Shown: piece after piece, positions 23,836-35,252 of the stretch
Layout: each line of letters starts with the position of its first letter
How positions within the stretch are numbered: the stretch's first letter is position 1
DNA from: Saprolegnia diclina VS20
Taxonomy: Eukaryota
Assembly (NCBI RefSeq): GCF_000281045.1
Contig: NW_008246089.1
Span: forward strand, 108,813 to 160,154
Length of the DNA stretch: 51,342 nt
Direction of reading: 5' to 3'
Notes under the pieces: model-generated
Database searches by the model: none
Seen by the model: the letters and a program-made list of their open reading frames with translations, nothing else
What the model was told of the DNA's origin: nothing
Translations under genes and position numbers: made by a program

Positions 23836-25381
23836 ATGACGTTTACCTTCCGCCCGCTCACGCTCGCCGAGGCTCAAGCTGCCCACGCCATCGAAGTCGC
23901 TTCGTACCCGGCGGACGAGGCCGCGTCGCTTGACCAGATCCGCAAGCGCATCCAGGAAGCTGGCGCGTACTTTGTCGGCGCCTATAACGGCGACGCCAAA
24001 CTCGTGGGCTTTGTCAACGGCACGCTCACGGCGCATCGCGAGCTCGAGGAAGAGACCATGTCGCGCCACGACCCGCGCGGGCAGTACCTCTGCATCCACT
24101 CGGTGGTGACGGACCCGTCGATCCGCCGCCAGGGCCTCGCGACCAAGCTCCTCAAGGCGTACGTCCGCCGCGTCCTGGACGAGGTTCGCTCCGAGGTTGA
24201 TGCTGTTGTCTTATGTATGCACCGTGTAGCCGCATGTGCTCGCGATCCTCCTCATCGCCAAGCCGTATCTGGTGCACTTTTACATCTCGTGCGGTTTTAC
24301 CGTCACGCGCTTGTCGCCGGTCGTCCATGGCAAGGACGCGTGGATGGAGCTCGTGCTTGACTGCACGGCTGCGCGCCAGCTCGACGTTGTCGTCGTCGAC
24401 GCCTTTGCGACGACGCCGTACGAAGGCAACCCCGCGGCCGTCGTCGTCATGAGCTGCCGCCAGTTTGACGCACCGGGCGTCGACCACTGGATGCAGCAAG
24501 TGGCCATGGAGCGCAACTTGAGCGAAACCGCGTACGTGGCGCCGCTGAGCGAAGCACATGTCGGGCAGAACGAGTACCGCCTGCGGTGGTTCACGCCAGG
24601 TCGACCGACGTACACGAGCATGTGCTCACAAGTGACATATGCGTAGGCGTCGAGATCGACCTCTGCGGCCACGCGACGCTCGCGACCGCGCACGTGCTCT
24701 ACGAAGATGGCCACTGCGCCAAGTCGGACCCGATTCGCTTCCACACCCGGTCTCTCCATTCCTTAGTCGACGACTAACAACCCTGTAGGAGTGGCGTCTT
24801 GACGACGCGCTACACGACGCTCGAGGACAAGACGACGCCGGCCATCACGATGGACTTTCCTGCGTCGGCCAAGACCGAACACGACGCTGCTTGGCGCGAG
24901 GCGACCAAGTCCGTTCTCCTCTCGGCGCTCCGCGTCTCGACCACCGACGTCCTCGCACTCGAGCAGTATGGTCCGAGCTTCATTTGCCAGCTGACGCCGG
25001 CGGCGTTCGAGTCTGTTGTGGTGGACTTTGGTCTCATCGCATCCCTCAAGTCGCAGTACGCCGATCGACAACTTGGTGTCGACCTAACCCGATGCCTCTA
25101 GCTCGGTCATTATCACGTGCAAGGCGCCGACCGACTCGGGCTTTGACTTCTTCAGCCGCTTCTTCGCGCCCAACTGCGGCGTCAACGAAGACCCGGTGTG
25201 CGGCAGCGCGCACTGCGCGCTGGTGCCGTTCTGGAACGACCACCTGCCGCAGACGCAGCAGACATTTGTCGCCCGCCAAAAGAGCCAGCGCGGCGGCACG
25301 TTGCGACTCCGCATCGAGGACGGACGCGTCTTCATCACGGGCACGGCCGTCGTGACGCTGCGCGGCAAGATGCTCGAGTAG
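23836..25381 (+). CDS. GNAT (AANAT/Paa1-like) acetyltransferase - PhzF/PhzC-like isomerase fusion, copy 2
   Basis: Same architecture and intron positions as copy 1: SYPADEAAS, LCIHSVV, RRQGLATKLL, FYISCGF; VDAF, GNPAAV, EIDLCGHATLA, NEDPVCGSAHC. Confidence 0.9.
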
Positions 25382-25710
25382 GCAGCTGGTGCAACACTCT
25401 CCATCATCCCTTGCGAATACATTCGTATCCTTTTGCGATAGTACTACAGTGGTATTGACATGGCAGCAGACGCTATCTCTGTGTCATCTAGGCAGCGGGG
25501 TAGGGTTGCATGCAGCTGTTCTATCCGTGGTTCGACCATCTCGTTGTTCAGTGGCCTTGTCGTCATGAGCCCCGTTGGTGGCGGCTGGCACGAAGTTATT
25601 GCTGCTTCAGGAGGCTCCGACAGAAAGACTCGAGAGCTTGCAGTCGATGGGGTCGCGGGACGATGCAGACAACGCAAATAAGAGTGAGAGATGCATCGTT
25701 GTTTCATCGT

Positions 25711-26458
25711 TTACTGCTTGTACTCGTTGTTCGCGAGGCTGCAGCCAGGCGTAGGCGCCATCGATGGCGACGACGGTCCGACGGCCTTGACGGCTTGGCC
25801 GTTGCCTTGCAGTGGCACGCAGTTTTCTACTCCAAACTGTGTGAGCGGGCCGACAGAAGAAAGGAAGAGAGAACGTACTGTACACTTGCCACTGGGGCTG
25901 GTGCAGCGCGAGCCAGTAGAAGCGAAGCATGCAACCCGACCCGCCGCAGCTCGAATAGTCGACCGGCAGGTGGGCCGCGGGCTTTTGCGGAAAGTGCGTC
26001 GGGCAGTCGTCGTCCTGGAACACACGCTTATCGTCGAGCCACACCTCGCACGGACCCTATGCAGGCAGTAAGCGCTGCTATCGTCATAGCGGCCTGTCTA
26101 CCGTGTGGCTCGAGATGAAGCCTTCGCCCGTGTCGGGGTTCAGCCACGTCATGGTGCCATCGGACGGGATCGTCTTCTTGGAGGCGTTCGGAAGCGAGTT
26201 GCCGCACGCCGGCCCTTGCGGCTCGAGCATATCGCGGAGCGTCTTGAACTGGGACTGCGCCTTGAAGGCAGTCGTGAAGGCCGCCACGTTCTCTTGCGGC
26301 GAGCCGTCAAACTTGCCGGGCAAGTTGGCTTGGATCGTCGCCACGTACGTCGTGCGCATGACGTTGGGCGAGAACTCGGCCGCGGGGTTGGACACGATGC
26401 CATGGCCCGCGACGAGCACGAGCGAGGTGAGGAGGGCAGAGCAGCGAAGCGGAAGCAT
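25711..26458 (-). CDS. Secreted AA17-type lytic polysaccharide monooxygenase
   Basis: 18-aa signal peptide ending LVAG followed by His-Gly (His codon 26402-26404); GFISSHT|GPCEVWLDD, DDC, DYSSC, CMLRFYWLALH, WQVY|KNCVPL after removing two introns (26057-26101 and ~25827-25878). Confidence 0.85.
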
Positions 26459-27805
26459 GCTATCGATTGGTCTTTGTCCGAGCTGGCGAATTCGCAAATG
26501 AGGCTCGGAGGTCCCGGCGCCGAGGCGGTAGAAACCTCGAGTAAAAGCGACGGGTAAAAGCGCCGAGCCCTGTCGCTCCACCGCCGTGGCGCCGTCGGGT
26601 GGGAGAAGCGGCAGCGCTGGACGATCGCTCTGTTGAAATGCCATGGCTGTGGCTGAGTGGCGCCGTCGCCGCACGGGCCATCGGGCCTCTCTCGCTGCTG
26701 GCGTCGGACAGCGCCTCGGCTCCTGTGCTCATCGCTCATCGCTTCCAGGTTTGGATCTGGCGTGCCGAATGCAAATTGCCAAAAGGTGGCATGTGCCATA
26801 TATAAGAACGCAGGCCTCGGACGAACGCACCAATCACAAGACAGCAGATGCAGGAAGATCCAATCTAGTTGACAGGCGCGTCGACATGGTTGCCGATGGT
26901 GCTGCGAGAGCAGTTGCGGTCGCTGGTAGACGTGTGCTAAAGGAGGCTCGAGCTATACGCGCGGCTATCTGTGGATAGTCGGTTATGCGTCGTCAAGGTC
27001 GCTGAGGTTCACTTCCTGAACCGCCTCACCGCAACACTGGCACGCAACATGCTTCGGCGGCGCCAGTGCATGTCAAAGGTACCTGCTCTCCAACACTTCT
27101 AGAGTCGTTTTCATACTACGGTATCACTGGAAGCGATAGCAATACGCTAGCCGCCCTCATCGGACCATCCGTTCAAGCGACAGACAGAACGCTGCAGTCC
27201 TCTCGCTTGAGCAAACCAAGTGTATATAAAAGATGCATCTCGTATATACCTTTGAGCAAACGTAGCCGCGATGCGTTGGCAACAGATATACTTCATAACG
27301 ACCCCGTTGATAGCCGAGAGAACGCGGCGAGGCTTCTTCACGGCTGCCGACGCCAGTAGCTCTGTGCACAAGCACTGGCGACGATGCTCTCCTCGTCTTG
27401 ATCGGCGACAACTCGTACTTCTCGACGTGGCCTCTATTCATGACTGGCCATCGACCCGATGCCAGGACGCGAGGTTGCCGAAGGCCACTAGAGCTGCTGG
27501 CCATCAGGTGCTACTGGACGTTCGCTCAAGTGCGCATCAAGCTCAGATGTGCAAAGAGCTTGACAAGTGAATGAATACAGCTCGCTTGTCATCGAGGTTG
27601 CAGCTGCTTTTGCCGCGCACAAGTTCGCGCACCTGGACCGCAATATCATGATTTTATTGGAATCCACTTGTATTTTAATGCTGTTCCGCAAATAGACCAT
27701 ACAAACAACCTGTGTCGCATGTATAAAAACAAAAAAGAATTGTCGGTTGGGTCCGGCATTTCATGTGGGCATTGCCTTTTGTGCGGATCCAAAGCGCCAA
27801 GAAGC

Positions 27806-30800
27806 ATGGCGCCCGTGCCCGTGCTCGACATCTGGCAGCGCTTCCAGCGCGCGAATGGCCCGATGCTCGAGGAAGACGCGCTAAAGGAGGTCGGCCTCGT
27901 CCTCGCCACCAAAGGTGCGACGCCCGACGACGTGGCGGCGAGCCTCACGGAGGCCATCGAGCGCATGGTCGCGACCGTGCAAGAGCCTGGTCCGCTCGGT
28001 GCAACGAACGCAACGCTCTTGCTGCTGCAGCTCGTCATGCACACGTTTCACGGGCTCAAGGTCGCCAAGCGCTTCGAATGCTTGGACGCGGCTAGCACGT
28101 CATTGGTGCCGGCGCTGCTCGAGCTGCTCCTCGTCCTCGCGCCGGCCGACGGTGCCCTTTTCGCGGATACCCGCCTCGTCATCGAGACGGTATCTTTTCT
28201 CAGCACGATTCTCGTCGGCTACCAGCACGCGTCGACGCTGTACACGGCCCACCACGCGTCGCTTCTCGGCCTCGTCGAGACCTTTGGGTCGCACCCGAGC
28301 ATCGTGGGCACAGCCGTCGGCGCAACCACGTCGCAGCTCCTTGTCCAAACCGCACTCTGCCTCGTGCACGTGCACCGCGGGTGTCCCACTCTCAACGCGG
28401 CCTTGCTCAAAGCGCTGCTGTCGCACATGGAGAACGTGCCCACGCCCCGTGCCACCGACATTGATGCGACGCTCCGCGAGTGCTCGTGGCTCCTCACATC
28501 CGACCCAGGGTACCTTCCAAGCGTCGAAGGGCTCTGGACGATGGACGAGTACGGCGACGTCGGGGGCCGCAGTCGAAACGCATCCTCGCTCGTCTTGTCG
28601 ACGGCGGCCAGCTGCCACGCCGTGCCATTCACCGCCGCGCTGTACGACAATGGAAAGAAAACGATCGAGCTCTCGGGGGCGGCTGTTGCGCCGCTCGCGC
28701 TGCTGCAGGCACCGTCGACCGCGCCAGGACCCTGGTCGCTGGAAGGGCAGTGGCGTCAGCTGCTCGCAGACGACGCGCCGAACGCGATGCAGCCGATCGC
28801 GGTGGCCGTCGAGTGGGCATGCAGTGCGTGCACCGTCGTGAACGCCGCCTCGGCCCTCAAGTGCACGACATGCGGCACGGCCGCGCCGCCGCCGCTCCCG
28901 TCGTCGCTCCAGTCTGCCACGAACGGGAGCAACCCCGCGCCCGTGACTGCGTCGCTCCATGAATCGTTTATGGCACTGCAGTGGAGTCGCGGCGAGCAAA
29001 AGGGCGTCTGGCTTGCCCGCAAGCAAGCGTTGACGCCATCGCTGCAGTTGCCACCGGCCTCCGCCGTATCGCCCACGGCCTACACCCTGCACGGCGACGT
29101 AGCACAGTGTCTCGCTGTCGAGAAGCCCATGTCGGTCAACAGCCACGGCAGCACAACCATCGAGCTGCACGTGCGCATCGAAGCAACCGCCAGCCGCCAA
29201 GTCGTCTTGGCCAACGGCGAGTTTACGCTGGCCTTGGAGCCCACCCAGACGCTGGTCTGGACGTACGGGCAGCACGTCTTGTCGACGCCGCTCTCGTCCA
29301 GTGGCAGCCGCTATCACCACATTGCGCTGGTGCACGATGAGCACGAGCTCATCTTTGTACTCGATGGCGCGGTGGCCGCCCGCACGCCGCGCGTCAAGGC
29401 CCACGAAGATGGCGTCGCCGCCAAGATCTTGGTCCTCGGTGCCGAGCCCACTGAATTGAGCACGATCTCGACACCGTCGTCGACGCAGTTGCCGGCGTCG
29501 GTGTATGCCCTCGCGCACCCTATGCACGGCTCTATCGTCGAGCTCCGGGTGTGGGCCGTCGCCCTTGACCTCGGCACACTGCAGGCACGCGCTACGGCGG
29601 CGCTGCCGCAGACCACGCCGCACTTGCTGCTGTATTTGCCGCTCGTCGGGTCCTCGGAGCATTTGGTGATGGACCACGGACCGTACGGCAGCCACGCGAG
29701 CCAGTACATGCACGGAAGATGGCCCGTTGCGCCGTCGCTTGCCGCGTTGCCCGTCGCGGCGCATCGGTGGGGCGTGCTCGAGAGCTTTTTCCTCTACGGC
29801 GCCGTGCGTCACTGTGATTCGTGGACGCTGGAGAGCGGGTCTGCGATCTGGCACAGCGACGCGCTCGGCCTGCCGCACGCAGACGGGATCTCGTTTCAAA
29901 CGACCGTCGCGACGGCGTTTCCGACAGGCACCAAGGCGTCGATGGCCATCGCGCTGGCCAACGTCTCGTACTGGCAGCAGACGTCGCTGATTGACGAAGT
30001 CTCGGCGCTCGACGCACCCACGTCGTCACCACCCGCGCTTTTGGTGCACTTGACGCAGCACGCCAACGACGCCGGTGTCGCGATCGGCCTCTATGTGCTC
30101 AAGGCCGGCGCGATCCACTGCCTCAGCTTCGCGACGTCGCTCCTGCCGACGATTCACGCGGCGCAGGTGACGTACGACGCGGCCCGCGGGACATTCTCCG
30201 TTGCTCTCAACGACCGCGTCGTCTCGATGGTGTCGGTCGACGTAGCGCTCGCCCTCGGGCTCTCGGCAACCTCTTCTCTTCGCGCCGGTCTCGTCGTGCC
30301 GCACACGTCAGACATTGAAGACGCCGTGTCGATTGGGATTGGCGCATGGCACCTGGCCTTGTCGCCGTCGTCGACGATGACAACGTCGGCGCTGCGGGCG
30401 GTGTATGGCCTTGTGGGGCTGCAGGACGACGTGCATATGACTGACGCGCACGCGTCGGCCACCGTGAGCTGCTCCAAGTACCACACGGACGGCAGCGCGA
30501 TCACGCAAGAGCTGTTTGGGTGCCAGAGCTGCAACACGAACCTCGTGTTTTGCAAAACGTGCGCGGCGTGGTGCCACGAAGGCCACGAGCTCGTCTGGAA
30601 GGGCAAGACGGCCGGCGCGTGCGGCTGTCGGTCGCGCGGCGCAGCGGCGTGCCACTGCCCCGAGCCCGTGTCGCTACCGACGGACCGGCCCGTGCTCGGT
30701 GAACCGACGTATGGCCTGTGGTGCTGCCCGCAGTGTACCGTGATCAACGCCGTCGACAAGGCCGTGTGCTCTGTCTGCGGGTGCGTCTCGCCCATCGCCT

Positions 30801-33800
30801 CGCCGACGCCGCTCCAAGATTTGCTCTCGCCGCTCTTGGAGACGCCGTCGATGGCGGCCGAGTGGTCGTGCGACGCGTGCACGATGCTCAACAGCGCCTC
30901 TGCGACCAAGTGCGCGGTCTGCGACACGGCCAAGCCCGGTGGTAGCTCTGGTAATAGCAGCACGGCGCTGCTCGCCCTCGCGAGCGCCGCGTCCGAGACG
31001 ATCCAAACACCGTTGGCGTCCGGGCCGTGGTCGTGCGGTGCCTGCACGATGGGCAACGAGGCGTCGCACACCATTTGCCACATTTGCGGCACGCCTCGGC
31101 CGATCGATGCCGTCCCGGTCGCCACGCCGGCGACGGCTCCACCGTCCCCGATCAGCGTTGCCACCGCGCCGCCGCCAGTGCCCGTGTCGACCGCGCGCCT
31201 GGACACTCTGTTGTCGCTGCAAGCCCAAAAGATGATCCGTGTGCCACTGGACCTTGCCCCGTTTGCGACGGGCGCGACGACGTGGGAGACGACGGCCGGG
31301 CTCTTGGTGCTTGAATATGCACCGCACGACGCGTACATTGGCGACCTTGTGACGGGGTCGTACGTTGATGGCGATGGCAGCCTCGTGGGCCTTCTCCAGC
31401 CACCGTCGTCGGCGACAGGCCCGCTCGAGCTCCGCGGGCTGTACAAGCCGTCGTTGACGAGTGTGCCCAACAGCTTTCTCTTCCAGATTTCGCCCCAGAG
31501 CCGGCTCGACGGGCTGTGGTTTCGTGGCGACGGCGCGGGCCAGTGGCGCTGTACGTTCACAGCGAGCACGCAGCGTCTCCGCGGACTCAACGGCGCGCCG
31601 TTCTACTCGGGGCTGGTCAACATGGCGCAAAACCTCACGAACGTGTGCTACCAAAACAGCTTTTTGCAAGCGCTCTTTATGACGCGCGCGTGCCGTGACG
31701 CGCTGCTCTCGGCGCCCACGTCGCCCAATGCGGTCGTGTCGACGCTGCAGTCGCTCTTTGGCCGCTTGTTGCAGTCGCAGGCGCCGGCCATCGCGACGCA
31801 TGCGCTCCAGCGGTGCCTTCCGCCGACGTTCCAAGCCGGTCGGCAGCAAGACACGAGCGACTTTGCGAATTTCATCATGGAAGCCTTGTCGGACGACGTG
31901 AGCCGCATCTTTGGCGGATCGCAGGCCTCGATCCGGCGCTGCAAGGCGTGCGACCACACGGCGGTGACGCACGAATACTTTTGGGAGCTCCTCCTCAACA
32001 TGATCGAGCTCCGGTACACGCCGATCACCGACCTCTCGGGCGTGACCGGCACGGGGCTCACGATTCCGTGCCCGCTCGGCTTTGACCGTCTCAACTTTGA
32101 CTTGAACAAGGACCGCACCAATGCACCGTACGTCTACCTCTGCGTCAAGCGCGACGTACAGGCGACGCCAATCACCGACATCATGATCAAGGTGGCCGAC
32201 GTGACCGAGCCCAAGCCGCATGTACCTGGCTACACGCGCCTTGAAATCGACTTGAACCTGGGCGGCAGCTCTGGCATCATCAATTTGCTCTCATCGCCCA
32301 TCCAGAAGGGCGCGTCATCGTTGGAGGGACCGCGACATGTGACCAACAACAGTGGTGGTGGCGGGAAGAAGCAGGTGTATCTCTTTTACTCGCGGGATCC
32401 CACGGGGTCGCCGATCACGGACCTCAACGTGGTCTACGGCACCGACACGGTGCCCGACGGCTTCCGCGCGATCCGCGTCGACCTCAACCAAGGCGACGGC
32501 ACGCCCGTGTACCTCTGCTACCGCTCGGACATGCCCATCACGGACCTCAAGCTCGTGACCGAAGGCCGCCCGGGCTACAAGCTCCTCGACAACTCGTTGC
32601 ACCTCGCATCGACGGTACCGTTGGCGTGTATGTATCAACTTGATACCTAGTATGGCGTAGGACCACCAATACATTGCGCACACGGATGGCGGCCACGGCG
32701 CGTGTGTCACAGGTCTCCAGCTCGTGCCTGCGGCCGACGTGGACACGCGCAAGTCGGAGAAGTGGGAAGATTTGGGCTTAAGACCGGCGCCGGCGAACGG
32801 CGCCAAGCTCATGCTCCAGCGCGGCCACGGCAACCCGCTGTACGCGATCGAGGTGTTTCGTGCTCCGCGCATGGTGCCCAAGTTTTCCGAGTACGAGGTC
32901 ATCTCGCTGCACGCACCGGCGCCCGGGCCGCTCACAATCGAGCGCCTCCATGGGCTCTGGAAGGCTGGCGACGACTGCGAGCGCTCAAAGCGCGCGCTGC
33001 AGCTGCACCACGTGGCGCTTTCGCAAAACCAAAGCTTTTGCGTCCGGGGCTCGTTTGGCACAAAGGGTGTGGTGCAGGGTGTCTTGCAGTGGCTAGCGCC
33101 CAGCGGCACGTATGTGCTGCACGGCCACTGGACGGACGCAACGACCAAGCACCCGCAAGTCGCGCACCTACTCTTCCGCGGTGACGCGTTGGAGGGCACG
33201 ATTGGCGATGCGAAAACCAACAAGAACGTCGTTTTGCGCGGTACGCACGTGTCGTCGACGATGACGAGCCAGCACCCGGTCACGGACCTCTTGCTCGTCC
33301 GCAAGTCGAGCGCGACTCCGCTGCCGCCGGGCGTGGCGCTCGTGCCGACGCCGATCCACGGCGATTTGCACTTGGCAGTCCGCCGGGACCCGAACGCGCC
33401 GGCCATCAAAGACGTGTGCGTGGTCTACGGGGACATTGACCCGATCCCAGACGACTATGTGTGCCTCCACACGACCTTGCACGGGACGTCGGGCAACCTG
33501 AACGACGGCGCGCACGCCGTCCCGCTCTTCATTTGCTTCAAGCGCGATGCCAACGCCGCGACATTAGGCCTCATGGACGTGGGTATTGTATCGGGCAGCG
33601 ACGTGCCCGAAGGCTACACCAAGATTGGCCACACGCCGCTGGGCATGGAAGCGAATCTGCAGCCGGGCAAGCCGCTCTTTCTGATCTACAAGCGCGGCGC
33701 GAGTGCCACGCCGAGGGTTGTCGAGCACCCGCTCAACGGCCAGTTTGACACGTCGCTTTGGGGACCGCTCCAGCTGACGGTCGTCGAGGCACTGCCATTG

Positions 33801-35073
33801 GCATACGACGTCGTTGGCAAGTTTGGCTTTACGCTACACGGGAATGCGGCGGCCAACGGTGCAATGCGTGGCATCCTGTACCCGACGACCGCCGACGCCA
33901 CGAGCTTCCACCTTGTCGGGTACTGGGAGACGACGTTTGGGACGCACAACTCACTTTCGTCGGCCACGTACTCGCCGCTGACGCCGCTGCATGCGTCGAC
34001 GCAGCCGATGGAGCTGCGGTTTTCGCTTGACGGATCGATTCCAGTGGCGTCGGGCTTTTGGGCGCTCGGCAACAGTGACGGCGGCAAGTGGGCGCTTGTC
34101 CATGATTGCTACGTGCACATTGGCTTCAAGAAGGACTATGGCTCCGAGTGGGCGAATGGCGCGCTGCAGACGTCGGACCGCGTCTCGTCGCACGCGCTGC
34201 CCTCGCTGCTGCGGCGGTTCGTGTCGCCACGGACTTTGGGTGGGGACTTTACGTGCGGCCAGTGCCACGCCCGCGCCGAGTCGCGTGTGCACTCGACGAT
34301 CGTGTCGCCGCCGAGCCACTTGATTCTGACGCTCAAGCGCATGCACTACGACTGGAAGCTCCAGAAGACGTGCAAGAGCCTCCACGATGTGAGCTTTCCG
34401 CCTTGCCTGGCGCTGCCGCCGCTCGAGGCAGCCGACGCGGTGGTGCTCGGCGCGTCCGAGGACGACCTGCCGCGCGGGTACGGCTTGTACGCGGTGCTCG
34501 TGCACAGCGGCGTGAGTGCCAACTCGGGGCACTACTACTCGTACTGCCGCGACTCGTCGAGTGGCCACTTGGACCTCAACGACGACGACGCGGCGCCGTG
34601 GATCAAGTTTAACGACACGACGCTGGCCGTCTCGAGCTGGGCCGAGATGAACCAAGCGATGACAACGTCCGTGTCCGACTCGGTGTACCTCCTCTTTTAC
34701 AAGCGCCTCGACGCTCACCAGTCTCTCGGCAACAACCTGGAGAATGAAGAAGAAGAAGCCAAGTCGGAGGACGAGGAAGCTATGCTTTTGGCCAAAGCCA
34801 TGGCACTCTCCATGTCGTCGACGCAGGCCGCGCTCGAGTCGCTCGACCACGTGGTCGCGTTCTCGCCGGCGACGCAGGGGCTCATCCAAGAGGTAGAACT
34901 TCTCGGTGGCATGCAGTGTCTCACTCTGTCGGTAGATTGAAGCAGAGAACACGGCCCGGATGCTGGCGGCGCAGACGAGCGAGGTGGCGATGGACGATCT
35001 CCATACGGTCGTCCGCGCCATGTCGAGCGTGCCCGAACCCTACAAGGCGGCGTTGGAAGCGGCGCTCATCTAA
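27806..35073 (+). CDS. Giant ubiquitin-specific protease (USP/C19) with 4 RanBP2-type zinc fingers, ConA/LamG-like domains, UBR-box-like finger, MABP-like insert and UIM
   Basis: Cys box NLTNVCYQNSFLQAL, GRQQDTSDF, His box VHSGVSANSGHYYSY, WIKFND, YLLFY; four WxCxxCTxxN...CxxC; CKTCAAWCHEGH...CGC; DEEAMLLAKAMALSM (UIM). Introns ~32615-32660 and ~34893-34937. Confidence 0.88.
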
Positions 35074-35252
35074 CAGGAAGGAACCTTTGTATCTGCAAAC
35101 TGCATTGATCGTGGTGGTTGTATGTGAAACCTGCGGTACTGTGGCTGGGGCTTGGTGTGAAAATGACGTGGCAAGCGGTGGAAGCAGAAACAATAAGATT
35201 AAAAAACGGATTTCAAAAGTACGGCGACGGAACACATATGCAGGACGCTCGT

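Noticed and set aside
21631..25381. Phenazine biosynthesis cluster
   Set aside because: No phzA/B/D/E/G-like genes; PhzF-like proteins are widespread in non-producers.
27500..27760. Faint resemblance to a mariner-type transposase C-terminus (LVIEVAAAF...LDRNIMIL...YKQP)
   Set aside because: No DDE motif or terminal repeats visible; too weak without a search.
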